Source: an uncultured Smithella sp.
Lineage (GTDB): Bacteria > Desulfobacterota > Syntrophia > Syntrophales > Smithellaceae
Reading direction: 5' to 3'
NCBI GenBank assembly: GCA_964480875.1
Contig: CAYZRT010000004.1
Location: forward strand, 1 to 63,913
Length of the DNA stretch: 63,913 nucleotides
Shown: in pieces, positions 17,978 through 27,063 of the stretch
Numbering within the stretch: the first letter of the stretch is position 1
Layout of the letters: each line of letters opens with the position of its first letter
Notes under the pieces: model-generated
What the model saw: only the letters and a program-made list of their open reading frames with translations
Database searches by the model: none
Told to the model about the DNA's origin: nothing
Made by a program: the position numbers and the translations under genes

Positions 17978-19936
17978 ATGCAGGATACTTCTTCATATAA
18001 TTTTAACGTGAAAACCAACTTCCTTGTTCAACAAAGAGAGAACGATAATCTTCAAAAAAAGCACAATGACCTTGTGTTTATTTTGGTGATTATTATTACC
18101 GCTGTCGTGTTTTCCGGTAGCCTGAAACTTGAATGGACGAACTGGGATGACAATTTATTGGTATACAATAATCCCTCGGTAAGTGAAGCAAGATTTGAGG
18201 ATATTTTCACCCGGCCTGCCGACTACAACACGTATAACCCTTTAGTAGTGTCTTTTTTTGTTCTTGAGTGGAAGTTGGTTAAAGACAAACCATTTCTTTA
18301 TCATCTGAACAACTATCTGTTGCATCTTTTCTGCACCGCGCTGGTCTTGATTTTTTTACGAAAAATCGGACTTTCAATATGGTGGAGTGGTTTTGCGGCA
18401 TTACTTTTCGGCATTCATCCTATGAGAGTAGAGTCCGTTGCGTGGATTTCCGAACGAAAAGATGTTCTTTACTCGCTTTTTTATCTGGCGGCATTACTTG
18501 CCTATGTTCGCTACATTTCTAACGAGAAAAGAGGTCAGTTGCTTTTGACTTTGCTTTTTTTTGTGTTGTCACTTCTATCTAAGATTCAGGCTGTGGCATT
18601 GCCTTTTGTTCTGGTATTGCTGGATTTGTATTTTAAAAGAAAAATAGGCGTGAAAACCATCTTAGAAAAAGGTGTTTTTTTCATCATAGCTTTTGTTGTG
18701 GGTTTTTTGGGGTCAACCGTTTTCTTTAAAAATGCTTTCGTTACAACCGACAGTAAGGCTATTGTAAATACTTTTAATTACTTTGGACAGGTTGTGCTGG
18801 GCGGTTATGCTTTCACGATCTACCTTTTAAAATCTGTTGTTCCTTTTGCGTATTCTGCCACATATCCAACTCCCTCATCACTTCAGATACAGCATTTGAT
18901 TGGCGCATTGATAACCGTTTTGATTTTAGCAGGCGCTATAGCTTTATGGCGCAAATTCAAGTTTGTCACATTCGGCTTAATGTTTTTCAGCTTTAATATA
19001 ATGTTTTTGCTCATGCCTTTTCAGGGCAACGAAACAGCCTTTCTTAATGATCGCTATGTCTATTTTGCCTATATAGGTTTATTCTTCATCATGGCTATGG
19101 GAATGCAACAATTATCAGAAAGATTATCATCGTATCGCAAGCCAATTATATCGTTTGCTGTGGCTCTGCTGGTTATCTATGGTATCATGACAATAAATTA
19201 TATTCCCGTCTGGACGAACAGCAATACGCTTTGGACATACGTTATTGATAAATATCCCGGTAAAATGGCGATCGCGCACCTAAACAGAGGAAACTACTGG
19301 TACAGCAAAAATCAAAAGGATAAGGCCTTGGATGACTTCAGTTTGGCCATCGAAATTAATCCTGAATTTTCCAGCGCCTATGCCAATAGAAGTCTTGTCT
19401 ATCTTGACAAAGGCGAGACGGAAAAAGCGCTTAAGGATTATAACCGTTATCTGGAATTGTTACATCCCTTTGATACGAAAGGGAATAGGTTAAATTTATC
19501 ATTGTCGGATTCTTTCAGTCACAGGGGTTCAATTTACAGCAGAATGGGTCAGTACGAAAAAGCGCTTGCTGATTTTCAAAAGGCCATCGAACTGGATCCT
19601 TTCAATTCGGATATTTATTTTAAAAGGGCTCTTATTTATATGCAGTTGCATGAATATGACAAGGCCGTTAGGGATTTCAACCTCTGTCATCAAGCCGATC
19701 CGGCGAATGCCGATGTCATCAATAACAGAGGAGTATGTTATCTTCGTTCCGGTAATTTTCAATCCGCGCTTGATGATTTTAACAAGGCTATTTTATTCAA
19801 CGGCGCTAATCCTTCTTATTATGTAAACAGAGCCACTGTATATTATAAATTAGGACGTCTGGTTGAAGCGAGGCAGGATGCCCAAACCGCGAAAAAATTA
19901 GGCGCTGCCATTGATCCTCCTTCGGGAAATCGCTGA
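17978..19936 (+). CDS. Multi-pass membrane protein with C-terminal TPR repeats (TMTC/DUF1736-like GT-C candidate)
   Basis: The N-terminal ~430 aa are highly hydrophobic. The C-terminus has consecutive TPR-like repeats (AHLNRGNYWYSKNQKDKALDDFSLAIEINP..., AYANRSLVYLDKGETEKALKDYNRYLEL..., YFKRALIYMQLHEYDKAVRDF...). Confidence 0.7.
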   Translation: MQDTSSYNFNVKTNFLVQQRENDNLQKKHNDLVFILVIIITAVVFSGSLKLEWTNWDDNLLVYNNPSVSEARFEDIFTRPADYNTYNPLVVSFFVLEWKLVKDKPFLYHLNNYLLHLFCTALVLIFLRKIGLSIWWSGFAALLFGIHPMRVESVAWISERKDVLYSLFYLAALLAYVRYISNEKRGQLLLTLLFFVLSLLSKIQAVALPFVLVLLDLYFKRKIGVKTILEKGVFFIIAFVVGFLGSTVFFKNAFVTTDSKAIVNTFNYFGQVVLGGYAFTIYLLKSVVPFAYSATYPTPSSLQIQHLIGALITVLILAGAIALWRKFKFVTFGLMFFSFNIMFLLMPFQGNETAFLNDRYVYFAYIGLFFIMAMGMQQLSERLSSYRKPIISFAVALLVIYGIMTINYIPVWTNSNTLWTYVIDKYPGKMAIAHLNRGNYWYSKNQKDKALDDFSLAIEINPEFSSAYANRSLVYLDKGETEKALKDYNRYLELLHPFDTKGNRLNLSLSDSFSHRGSIYSRMGQYEKALADFQKAIELDPFNSDIYFKRALIYMQLHEYDKAVRDFNLCHQADPANADVINNRGVCYLRSGNFQSALDDFNKAILFNGANPSYYVNRATVYYKLGRLVEARQDAQTAKKLGAAIDPPSGNR

Positions 19937-20174
19937 AACTGTTTTGAGGATAATTTTCACCCTCTGCTCATAACACTCCAACGCACAGGCGCCGTCTGTA
20001 TCGTATTGACACCCGATGCACATCGTTCTGCCACGAAAAACAGGTTCTTATCAGAGATGAATGTATGAAAATTGTTCTGGTTCATTGGAAAGGGAATGAT
20101 GCTCCTGTGCCCGCTTTATTTTTACTGTTATAAGAAGTTGACGGTCGTATAGAGATATGAGAAAAGGTTGATAT

Positions 20175-21497
20175 ATGAAAATTGGAATTCTGGGCGGAGG
20201 ACTTAGCGGTATTTCAACCGCTTATTTTCTGCAAAATAATAAGGGAATCAAACGCATCGAGATACTGGAGAAGGAGCACGAACCGGGCGGTTTATGCCGT
20301 TCTTTTAATATAAAGGGCTTGTATTATGACATCGGTCCGCACATCATTTTTTCGAAAGATAAAGAGACATTGGATTTCATGATCAATATGCTTGGTGAGA
20401 ATAAAAACAAACTTAGAAGATCGAATAAAATATTTTACAAAAATAAACTTATAAAATATCCTTTTGAAATCGAGCTTTCAGCATTGCCTGAAGACGATAG
20501 AAAATACTGTCTGAATACTTTCTTGAACAATCCGTACGAAAATCGTGAAGCAAAGAATCTTCTCCAGTATTTTCTGAAAACGTTTGGAGAAGGCATCACC
20601 GGTATTTATTTAAAACCTTATAATGAGAAGATATGGAAATTCGATCTTTCACGAATGGACACTCAAATGATTGACAGAATTCCCAATCCACCAAAAGAGG
20701 ATATTGTAAAAAGCGCGGCGGGAGTATCTACGGAGGGCTATCGTCATCAATTATATTTTTATTATCCCCGGGAAGGCGGTATTAACGCGTTAATCAAATC
20801 TTTTGTAAGTAAATTAAATGATAAAGTTGGTATTATCGTGGATAGCGCCGTTGTTGAATTGCAGCAAATTGATAATAAATGGAAGACAAAAACGGACAAA
20901 GGTGTATCGGCAGAATATGATTTGATTGTATCCACGATACCTATTCAATCCCTGGCGGGAATTTATCGGTCCAATTTACCGGAAGACGTTAGAGAGTCGG
21001 TTCATGATTTAAAATATAATTCCATCATTGTCGCAATCATAAATGTCAAAAAGGATAATCTGGAAGGAAATTTTGCTGTCATGGTTCCGGATAAAGATAT
21101 AATTTTTCACAGGATATCGAAAATCAATTTTCTCGGGAATTGCTACGGCAGGAACGATGATTCCAGTACGCTGATGGCGGAAGTAACCTTTTCAAAAAAC
21201 AGCCTGATTGATCAAATGAGCATATGCGAAGTGGAAGGAAAAATAATCGAAGGATTGGTGGATAGCCGGTTTATCGATAGCCGTGAACATATTCATTATA
21301 TGGAAACAAGGAAATTTGAATATGCCTATGTTGTTTGCGACTTAAATCACACAAAAAATGTTGAACGGATCAGAAAATATTTTTCGGATCAGAACATCCT
21401 GCTTTGCGGCAGATTCGGAGAGTTCAAATATTTAAATATGGATACGGTTATAAGGCATGCGAAAGATCTCAGTGAAAAAATAGTAAAAAATATTTAA
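20175..21497 (+). CDS. FAD/NAD(P)-binding oxidoreductase related to UDP-galactopyranose mutase
   Basis: The dinucleotide fold is MKIGILGGGLSGISTAYFL...EKEHEPGGLC. The C-terminal LLCGRFGEFKYLNMDTVI parallels GRLAEYKYYNMDQVI of the Glf at 29650-30768. Confidence 0.6.
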   Translation: MKIGILGGGLSGISTAYFLQNNKGIKRIEILEKEHEPGGLCRSFNIKGLYYDIGPHIIFSKDKETLDFMINMLGENKNKLRRSNKIFYKNKLIKYPFEIELSALPEDDRKYCLNTFLNNPYENREAKNLLQYFLKTFGEGITGIYLKPYNEKIWKFDLSRMDTQMIDRIPNPPKEDIVKSAAGVSTEGYRHQLYFYYPREGGINALIKSFVSKLNDKVGIIVDSAVVELQQIDNKWKTKTDKGVSAEYDLIVSTIPIQSLAGIYRSNLPEDVRESVHDLKYNSIIVAIINVKKDNLEGNFAVMVPDKDIIFHRISKINFLGNCYGRNDDSSTLMAEVTFSKNSLIDQMSICEVEGKIIEGLVDSRFIDSREHIHYMETRKFEYAYVVCDLNHTKNVERIRKYFSDQNILLCGRFGEFKYLNMDTVIRHAKDLSEKIVKNI

Positions 21498-21563
21498 GGC
21501 ATTCCCGCAGTATTGATAGAATTTTGCATGTGATTTGACACATGATTTTAAGGGAGCGTACTG

Positions 21564-22502
21564 ATGAAAGCATTAATCACCGGCGGCGCCGGCTTTATCG
21601 GTAGCCATTTAGCCGATTTATTAATCTCCAAAGATTATAGTGTGATTGCGGTTGATAATCTTTCGCTGGGAACAATAGATAATATGCATCATTTAACTCA
21701 TCACAAAAAGTTTAAATTCATCAAGGAGGATTTACTTCACCTTGACCGCTTGAAAGATATTTTTCAGAAAAATAAATTTGATACCGTTTTCCACCTGGCG
21801 GCCAATTCGGATATAGCCGAAAGCGCCGGTAATCCGGGGACTGATTTGGAGAACACCTTCATGACCACATGGAACACGCTGGAGTGCTGCCGGTTGTTTC
21901 ATGTTAAAAAGTTTGTTTTTGCATCGACATCGGCTGTTTATGGAAACGCGACGCGAACACTATCAGAGGAAGCAGGGACATTCTCCCCGGTATCTTATTA
22001 TGGCGCGGGCAAGCTTGCTTCGGAGGGTTTTATCAGCGCATATTCTTCGATGAGCGATATCCAGTCATGGATTATCAGATTTCCCAATGTCGCAGGGGAG
22101 AGGATGACGCACGGAATTATTTATGATTTTATTAAAAAATTGAAGAGCAATCCCAAACGGCTGGTTGTGTTAGGCGATGGCAACCAGAAAAAGCCTTACA
22201 TCTATGTCAAAGATTTGGTGGAAGCCATGTTCTTTATCTATCAAACCTCAAAAGAGAAGCTGAATCATTATAATGTCGGCGTAAAAGATCAGACGTCCGT
22301 CACTGAAATAGCAAAAATAGTTTGCGACGAAATGCGATTAAAAAACGTGAAATTAAAATATACCGGTGGAAGCACGGGCTGGAAGGGTGATGTTCCGCAT
22401 TATAAATACGATTTGAAAAAACTTAATGCTCTTGGCTGGAGAGCGAAATATTCATCTGCTGAAGCGGTTAGATTAGCTGTCAGGAGTGTTCTTGGACAAT
22501 GA
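21564..22502 (+). CDS. NAD-dependent sugar-nucleotide epimerase/dehydratase (SDR family)
   Basis: ALITGGAGFIGSHLADLL, ASTSAVYG and YGAGKLASE (YxxxK). Confidence 0.85.
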   Translation: MKALITGGAGFIGSHLADLLISKDYSVIAVDNLSLGTIDNMHHLTHHKKFKFIKEDLLHLDRLKDIFQKNKFDTVFHLAANSDIAESAGNPGTDLENTFMTTWNTLECCRLFHVKKFVFASTSAVYGNATRTLSEEAGTFSPVSYYGAGKLASEGFISAYSSMSDIQSWIIRFPNVAGERMTHGIIYDFIKKLKSNPKRLVVLGDGNQKKPYIYVKDLVEAMFFIYQTSKEKLNHYNVGVKDQTSVTEIAKIVCDEMRLKNVKLKYTGGSTGWKGDVPHYKYDLKKLNALGWRAKYSSAEAVRLAVRSVLGQ

Positions 22503-23848
22503 TAGCGTTTATTCTTGCAGGCGGACAAGGAACCAGACTTAAAGAAATTACCCCGGATAATATTCCCAAACCCATGGTGAACCTCGCCGGGAAACCCATT
22601 TTGCAATATCAACTGGAGTTTCTCGCAAAAAATAATGTTCATGACGTTATTATAAGCGTTGGTTATGGCGCGGAGTCAATCAAAAAATATTTCGGGGAAG
22701 GTAAAAAATTCGGTTTGTCGATAAAATATTCCGATGATCCCCGGCCGCTGGGCACGGCCGGCGCATTTAAGTATGCTGAACCGTTACGTGGTGATGCTCA
22801 GGACATCCTGATTTTATATGGGGACATCATATTCGACATTGATCTAACAAGAATGATAAAATTCCACAATTCCTATAGCGGGTTGGGCACTTTGCTGGTT
22901 CATCCCAATGATCATCCTTATGATAGCGATTTACTGGAAGCGGATACTGTTAACAAAATACGTAAATTTATCTCCAAGCCGCATCCGGCCGGTCAAGCGT
23001 GTCAAAATTTAGTCAACGCCGGCATCTATATTCTTAAGCCGGAGATTGCCCGTTTTATAAGAAGCGGGCAAAAACTGGATTTCGGTCAGGACGTTTTCCC
23101 CGCGTTAGTCGGCCAGGGTAAAGAGTTTCATGCTTACAGATCATCGGAGTATGTAAAGGATATCGGCTCGCCGGAAAGACATACAGAAGTTGAAAAAGAT
23201 ATTTTCAGTGGCAAGGTTTATCGCCGAAACCTGGCCAATAAACAGAAAGCAATATTCCTGGACAGAGACGGTGTAATTAATGAAGAGGTTAATTTCCTCA
23301 ACAGGCCGGAACAGATAAAACTGATAGACGGTTCAGCGGAGGCGGTGAAAAAAATAAATGATTCAGACTACCTGGTCATCGTGATAACCAATCAATCTGT
23401 TGTGGCACGAGGAATTTGTTCGGAAAAAGATGTTGCCGAAATCCATAAAAAATTGGATATGCTCTTGGGTGAAAAGCACGCTTTTCTGGATGGTGTCTAT
23501 TATTGCCCTCATCATCCCGATAGGGGATTTGAAGGAGAGAAAAGAGAATACAAAATAGAATGCGAGTGCAGAAAACCGAAAACGGGCATGGTAAAACAAG
23601 CTCAGCACGATTTTAATATTGATCAAGAAAAATCTTTTATCATTGGCGATGCCACCTCCGATATTATGACGGGGGTTAATGCCGGCCTCAAAACGATCCT
23701 GGTAAGAACAGGCCATGCCGGAAAAGACAAGAAATTTGATTGTCAGCCCGATTTTATTTTTGAAAATCTAAAAGATGCAGTGGATTTCATTATGGATAAA
23801 TACGGGACGCTGAACACGGATTATTGCTCGGAGAAAAAAATACGTTGA
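22499..23848 (+). CDS. Bifunctional heptose-1-phosphate nucleotidyltransferase (HddC-like) / D,D-heptose 1,7-bisphosphate phosphatase (GmhB-like)
   Basis: The N-terminus ILAGGQGTRLKE...PKPMV is a sugar-1-P nucleotidyltransferase. The C-terminal HAD domain has IFLDRDGVIN, ITNQS, CRKPKTGM and IGDATSD. The ATGA start overlaps the upstream stop. Confidence 0.8.
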   Translation: MIAFILAGGQGTRLKEITPDNIPKPMVNLAGKPILQYQLEFLAKNNVHDVIISVGYGAESIKKYFGEGKKFGLSIKYSDDPRPLGTAGAFKYAEPLRGDAQDILILYGDIIFDIDLTRMIKFHNSYSGLGTLLVHPNDHPYDSDLLEADTVNKIRKFISKPHPAGQACQNLVNAGIYILKPEIARFIRSGQKLDFGQDVFPALVGQGKEFHAYRSSEYVKDIGSPERHTEVEKDIFSGKVYRRNLANKQKAIFLDRDGVINEEVNFLNRPEQIKLIDGSAEAVKKINDSDYLVIVITNQSVVARGICSEKDVAEIHKKLDMLLGEKHAFLDGVYYCPHHPDRGFEGEKREYKIECECRKPKTGMVKQAQHDFNIDQEKSFIIGDATSDIMTGVNAGLKTILVRTGHAGKDKKFDCQPDFIFENLKDAVDFIMDKYGTLNTDYCSEKKIR

Positions 23849-23877
23849 TTATATTAGCGGTTAAAGAAGAGGCGTGA

Positions 23878-24867
23878 ATGATAGGTACAAGAACTCCATT
23901 CAGAATCAGTTTTGCCGGCGGGGGAAGTGACTTAAAAGAATTCTATTCAAGACAACCCGGTTGCGTATTGAGTACGACCATTAACAAATACATGTTTATA
24001 TTTGTTCATCCGTTTTTTGATGAAAGAATTCAGATAAAATACTCCAGAACCGAATTGGTAAACGATGCAGGTGAAATTAAGCATCCTATCGTACGGGAAG
24101 TGTTTAAAAAATTTGGAATCAAAGGCATCGATATTAATTCCATCGCCGATATTCCGGCGGGAACCGGGCTTGGTTCATCAAGTTCTTTCACCGTCGGCCT
24201 GCTGCATGCTTTGTATGTTTATTCCGGTCAATATCCCGCAAAAGAAAAACTTGCCCGGGAAGCTTGCGAAGTTGAAATTGATATTCTGGGCGAACCCATC
24301 GGCAGGCAGGATCAATACTCTGCCGCGTATGGAGGGCTTAATTTGATCACATTCAATCCGGACGATACGGTCAGGGTAGAACCGGTTGCTATGTCTTCCG
24401 CCAAATATGATGAATTTGAAAGTAATCTCCTGTTTTTTTATTTAGGCAGCCTAAGATCGGCTCGTGAAATACTGACTGAACAAAAAAGCAATACGATGTC
24501 CGATAAAAAAGCCTTCAGCAATATTGAAAGAATGACCGATCTGGCAAGAAATCTGAGAAAAAGTCTTTCCAACGGCAATTTGCAGGATGCGGGCATGATA
24601 CTGGATGAAGGCTGGCGTTTGAAAAAATCGCTTTCATCTAAAATTTCTGATGATAAGATAGATTATTATTATCATATGGCCAGAAATAACGGTGCGAGTG
24701 GCGGTAAACTGCTTGGCGCGGGCGGCGGCGGTTTTTTGATGTTCTATTGCGAACCGATGCAGCAGGAACAGCTAAGACGATCATTGAAAGACCTGAAAGA
24801 ATATAAATTTAAATTTGACGGCTCTGGGACGAAGGTTGTCTACGATATGGATGGTGAGGAGAGTTGA
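23878..24867 (+). CDS. GHMP sugar kinase, D-glycero-D-manno-heptose 7-phosphate kinase (HddA-like)
   Basis: RTPFRISFAGGGSDL, PAGTGLGSSSSF and GGKLLGAGGGGFLMF. Confidence 0.8.
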   Translation: MIGTRTPFRISFAGGGSDLKEFYSRQPGCVLSTTINKYMFIFVHPFFDERIQIKYSRTELVNDAGEIKHPIVREVFKKFGIKGIDINSIADIPAGTGLGSSSSFTVGLLHALYVYSGQYPAKEKLAREACEVEIDILGEPIGRQDQYSAAYGGLNLITFNPDDTVRVEPVAMSSAKYDEFESNLLFFYLGSLRSAREILTEQKSNTMSDKKAFSNIERMTDLARNLRKSLSNGNLQDAGMILDEGWRLKKSLSSKISDDKIDYYYHMARNNGASGGKLLGAGGGGFLMFYCEPMQQEQLRRSLKDLKEYKFKFDGSGTKVVYDMDGEES

Positions 24868-24868
24868 T

Positions 24869-25462
24869 ATGATCTATTGCACAGCGCATATAAAAAAATA
24901 TCTGAAGCTTCTGGAAAATAAAATTAGCGCATTAGATATACGGCAGATAAACAAAATCGTTAATATACTGAAAACTGCTTATGATAGCGAACATACCATA
25001 TTTGCGATGGGAAACGGTGGCAGCGGAACAACGGCGTCTCATCTCGTTTGCGATTTCAATAGGGGAGCATCCGCCGGCTCCGTTAAGAAGTTCAAAGTCA
25101 TAAGTTTAAACGATAATGTTCCTTCCCTTTCGGCAATAGCCAACGATATCGGTTATGACGCGGTTTTTGAGGAGCAGTTGAAAAATTTTCTGCGTCCGGG
25201 GGACGTGGTGCTCGGCATTTCCGTCAGCGGCAATTCAAAAAATATCATCCGGGCCATTGAATATGCCAATAAGCATGGAGCAACGACCATAGGGCTTTGC
25301 GGTTTTGACGGCGGTCAGTTGAAGAAAATCGCGCAATATCCCCTCCATGTAAAGGTTGACGACATGAAAATTGCGGAAGATATTCATTCCATTGTAAGCC
25401 ATATTTTGATGAAAATGCTGGGCGCGGCACTCATAAAAGAAAAGAATAAAAAAAGAAAGTGA
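24869..25462 (+). CDS. gmhA: SIS-domain phosphoheptose isomerase
   Basis: FAMGNGGSGTTASHLVCDF and ISVSGNSKNII. The ATG lies 1 nt after the upstream TGA. The longer ORF from 24815 overlaps the kinase gene and is less likely. Confidence 0.8.
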   Translation: MIYCTAHIKKYLKLLENKISALDIRQINKIVNILKTAYDSEHTIFAMGNGGSGTTASHLVCDFNRGASAGSVKKFKVISLNDNVPSLSAIANDIGYDAVFEEQLKNFLRPGDVVLGISVSGNSKNIIRAIEYANKHGATTIGLCGFDGGQLKKIAQYPLHVKVDDMKIAEDIHSIVSHILMKMLGAALIKEKNKKRK

Positions 25463-25495
25463 ATATGCTTTAAAGCAGATTTCATAAAATAAGTT

Positions 25496-26083
25496 ATGAT
25501 CAGCAAAAATATTATAATGAACGATAGGTCTGCAGTAACAAAATACAACAAACTCGAATTGGGTTGCGGGCAAAGACCGACGCCGGGATATCTGCATCAG
25601 GATATCACCAGTCAACCGGGTGTGACGCTGGATTTTAACTGTCCGATATGGGAGATCCCGCTCAAAGAAAATTCGCTATCCGAGGTCATTGCCCTGGCAT
25701 TGATGGAGCATCTGCGTTTTACCGATTTTACTAAAGCGCTTATTCATATTCAAAAACTGCTTGTATCCCGGGGAGAATTTCTTTTTGATCTTCCGGATAT
25801 CAAAAAATGGAGCGAGTATTTGTATAATATTACACATGGAATGCCGGAAAAAAGTCCGTTTTCCAAGGAGCATGTCTATGCGACTTTCTGGGGTTGGCAA
25901 AGGTGGCCCGGAGATGAACACAAATGCGCCTGGCTGAAGGAAGATTTGTTCCGACATCTGAAAGAAACCGGATTCAGCGAAATTCTTGAAGCGGACGCTG
26001 AAATTTTTATAACCCGCGGCATTTTTAGAGATCGTTTTAAAAGCCCGGATAACGCGCACCTTTACATAAAAGCAATCAAGTAA
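25496..26083 (+). CDS. Class I SAM-dependent methyltransferase-like protein
   Basis: LELGCGQRP (motif I), VIALALMEHL and GEFLFDLP. Confidence 0.6.
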   Translation: MISKNIIMNDRSAVTKYNKLELGCGQRPTPGYLHQDITSQPGVTLDFNCPIWEIPLKENSLSEVIALALMEHLRFTDFTKALIHIQKLLVSRGEFLFDLPDIKKWSEYLYNITHGMPEKSPFSKEHVYATFWGWQRWPGDEHKCAWLKEDLFRHLKETGFSEILEADAEIFITRGIFRDRFKSPDNAHLYIKAIK

Positions 26084-26117
26084 AATATTTTTGGTGCTAG
26101 AACATGAAGGCAGAAAA

Positions 26118-26897
26118 ATGATCCATCTTCCCAAGAATGATCCGGTTTCCGTAATTATAACCGTTTACAATGAAGTTGACACTCTCGAGAATGAAATCCT
26201 GACTATTCGCAATAAAATTTTATCTCAATTGCCCGGATCCGAACTGATCATCGCCGAGGACGGCAGCACCGACGGCACAAAAGAAATTATTTCAAAATAT
26301 GTTCGTGATTTGGGAGTCATTCATTCGACGGCCACCCAAAGAAAAGGTTATGCGAAAGCGTTGAATGATGCGATGAAATTAGCAAGAAATCCATATATTT
26401 TTTTCAGCGATACCGGGTCTAAGTTTGATTTTGATGATTTCTGGAGGTTATACAACATACGTGATGAATATTCACTGGTCATCGGTGTAAGATCCAAAAG
26501 GTCGGACAAATTATACCGCCGCTTTCTAACGCTGTCTTATAATTTTGTTTTGAAAAAATATTTTAATGTTTATTTGCAGGATTCCGATAGTGGCTTTAGA
26601 CTTTATAAAAAAGCGCTTATCGCCAAGATTTGCAACGAAGAATGGGTAAACACATCTTTAATCGGATCTGAGTTAACCTTGAGAACAATATTCAGTGGCA
26701 GCAGTGTTGGCTATGTCGCAATCGCTTATAAACAGCGTGCCGACATGTCGAGAGGTTTGCCCCCTCAAAAAATATTTGAGGTGATCATCGGGGTATTAAA
26801 AAACTTTCCCAAATTGAAAAAAGTTCTTTCATCTGTTACTTATCCCAAACTCATTTATTGTGAAACTCAAATTTCAAAAACGAAGTGTATAACCTAA
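26118..26897 (+). CDS. Family-2 glycosyltransferase (polyprenol-phosphate sugar transferase type)
   Basis: VSVIITVYNE and AEDGSTDGT. The ORF can also start at TTG 26091. The last ~15 codons and the stop are supplied by repeat copy B, so the native C-terminus may be lost. Confidence 0.75.
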   Translation: MIHLPKNDPVSVIITVYNEVDTLENEILTIRNKILSQLPGSELIIAEDGSTDGTKEIISKYVRDLGVIHSTATQRKGYAKALNDAMKLARNPYIFFSDTGSKFDFDDFWRLYNIRDEYSLVIGVRSKRSDKLYRRFLTLSYNFVLKKYFNVYLQDSDSGFRLYKKALIAKICNEEWVNTSLIGSELTLRTIFSGSSVGYVAIAYKQRADMSRGLPPQKIFEVIIGVLKNFPKLKKVLSSVTYPKLIYCETQISKTKCIT

Positions 26898-27037
26898 AGG
26901 TCACGCGTTGAAATTTGATAGTCGAATCCCGACCTTGTCGGGACACAGCGGAGGGTATAATACCCCGCCCCTTGGGGCGGAATTAGGGTCCAGTCCCAAT
27001 AGCAATCGGGATTGCCCTGGGGTTCATACCCGTGATT
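26853..27037. repeat. Structured dispersed repeat, copy B (one hairpin unit with a 20-nt loop insertion plus the 78-nt 3' module)
   Basis: Unit B1 is 26860-26927, the GC hairpin is 26928-26942 and the 3' module is 26960-27037. The loop insert 26889-26908 is the exact reverse complement of 47314-47333. Confidence 0.75.
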
Positions 27038-27063
27038 AAATTTTAGCTGGACAGTATTTTTAT

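Noticed and set aside
6261-20174. A RiPP precursor peptide for the radical SAM cluster, which would make it a proteusin/polytheonamide-like system.
   Set aside because: Reading the intergenic gaps in all frames gave only trivially short ORFs (for example MKKMLQ at ~11563 and a 22-aa MKIVLVHWKGNDAPVPALFLLL at ~20067-20135). There is no leader/core-like peptide, protease or exporter. I cannot exclude a precursor encoded elsewhere.
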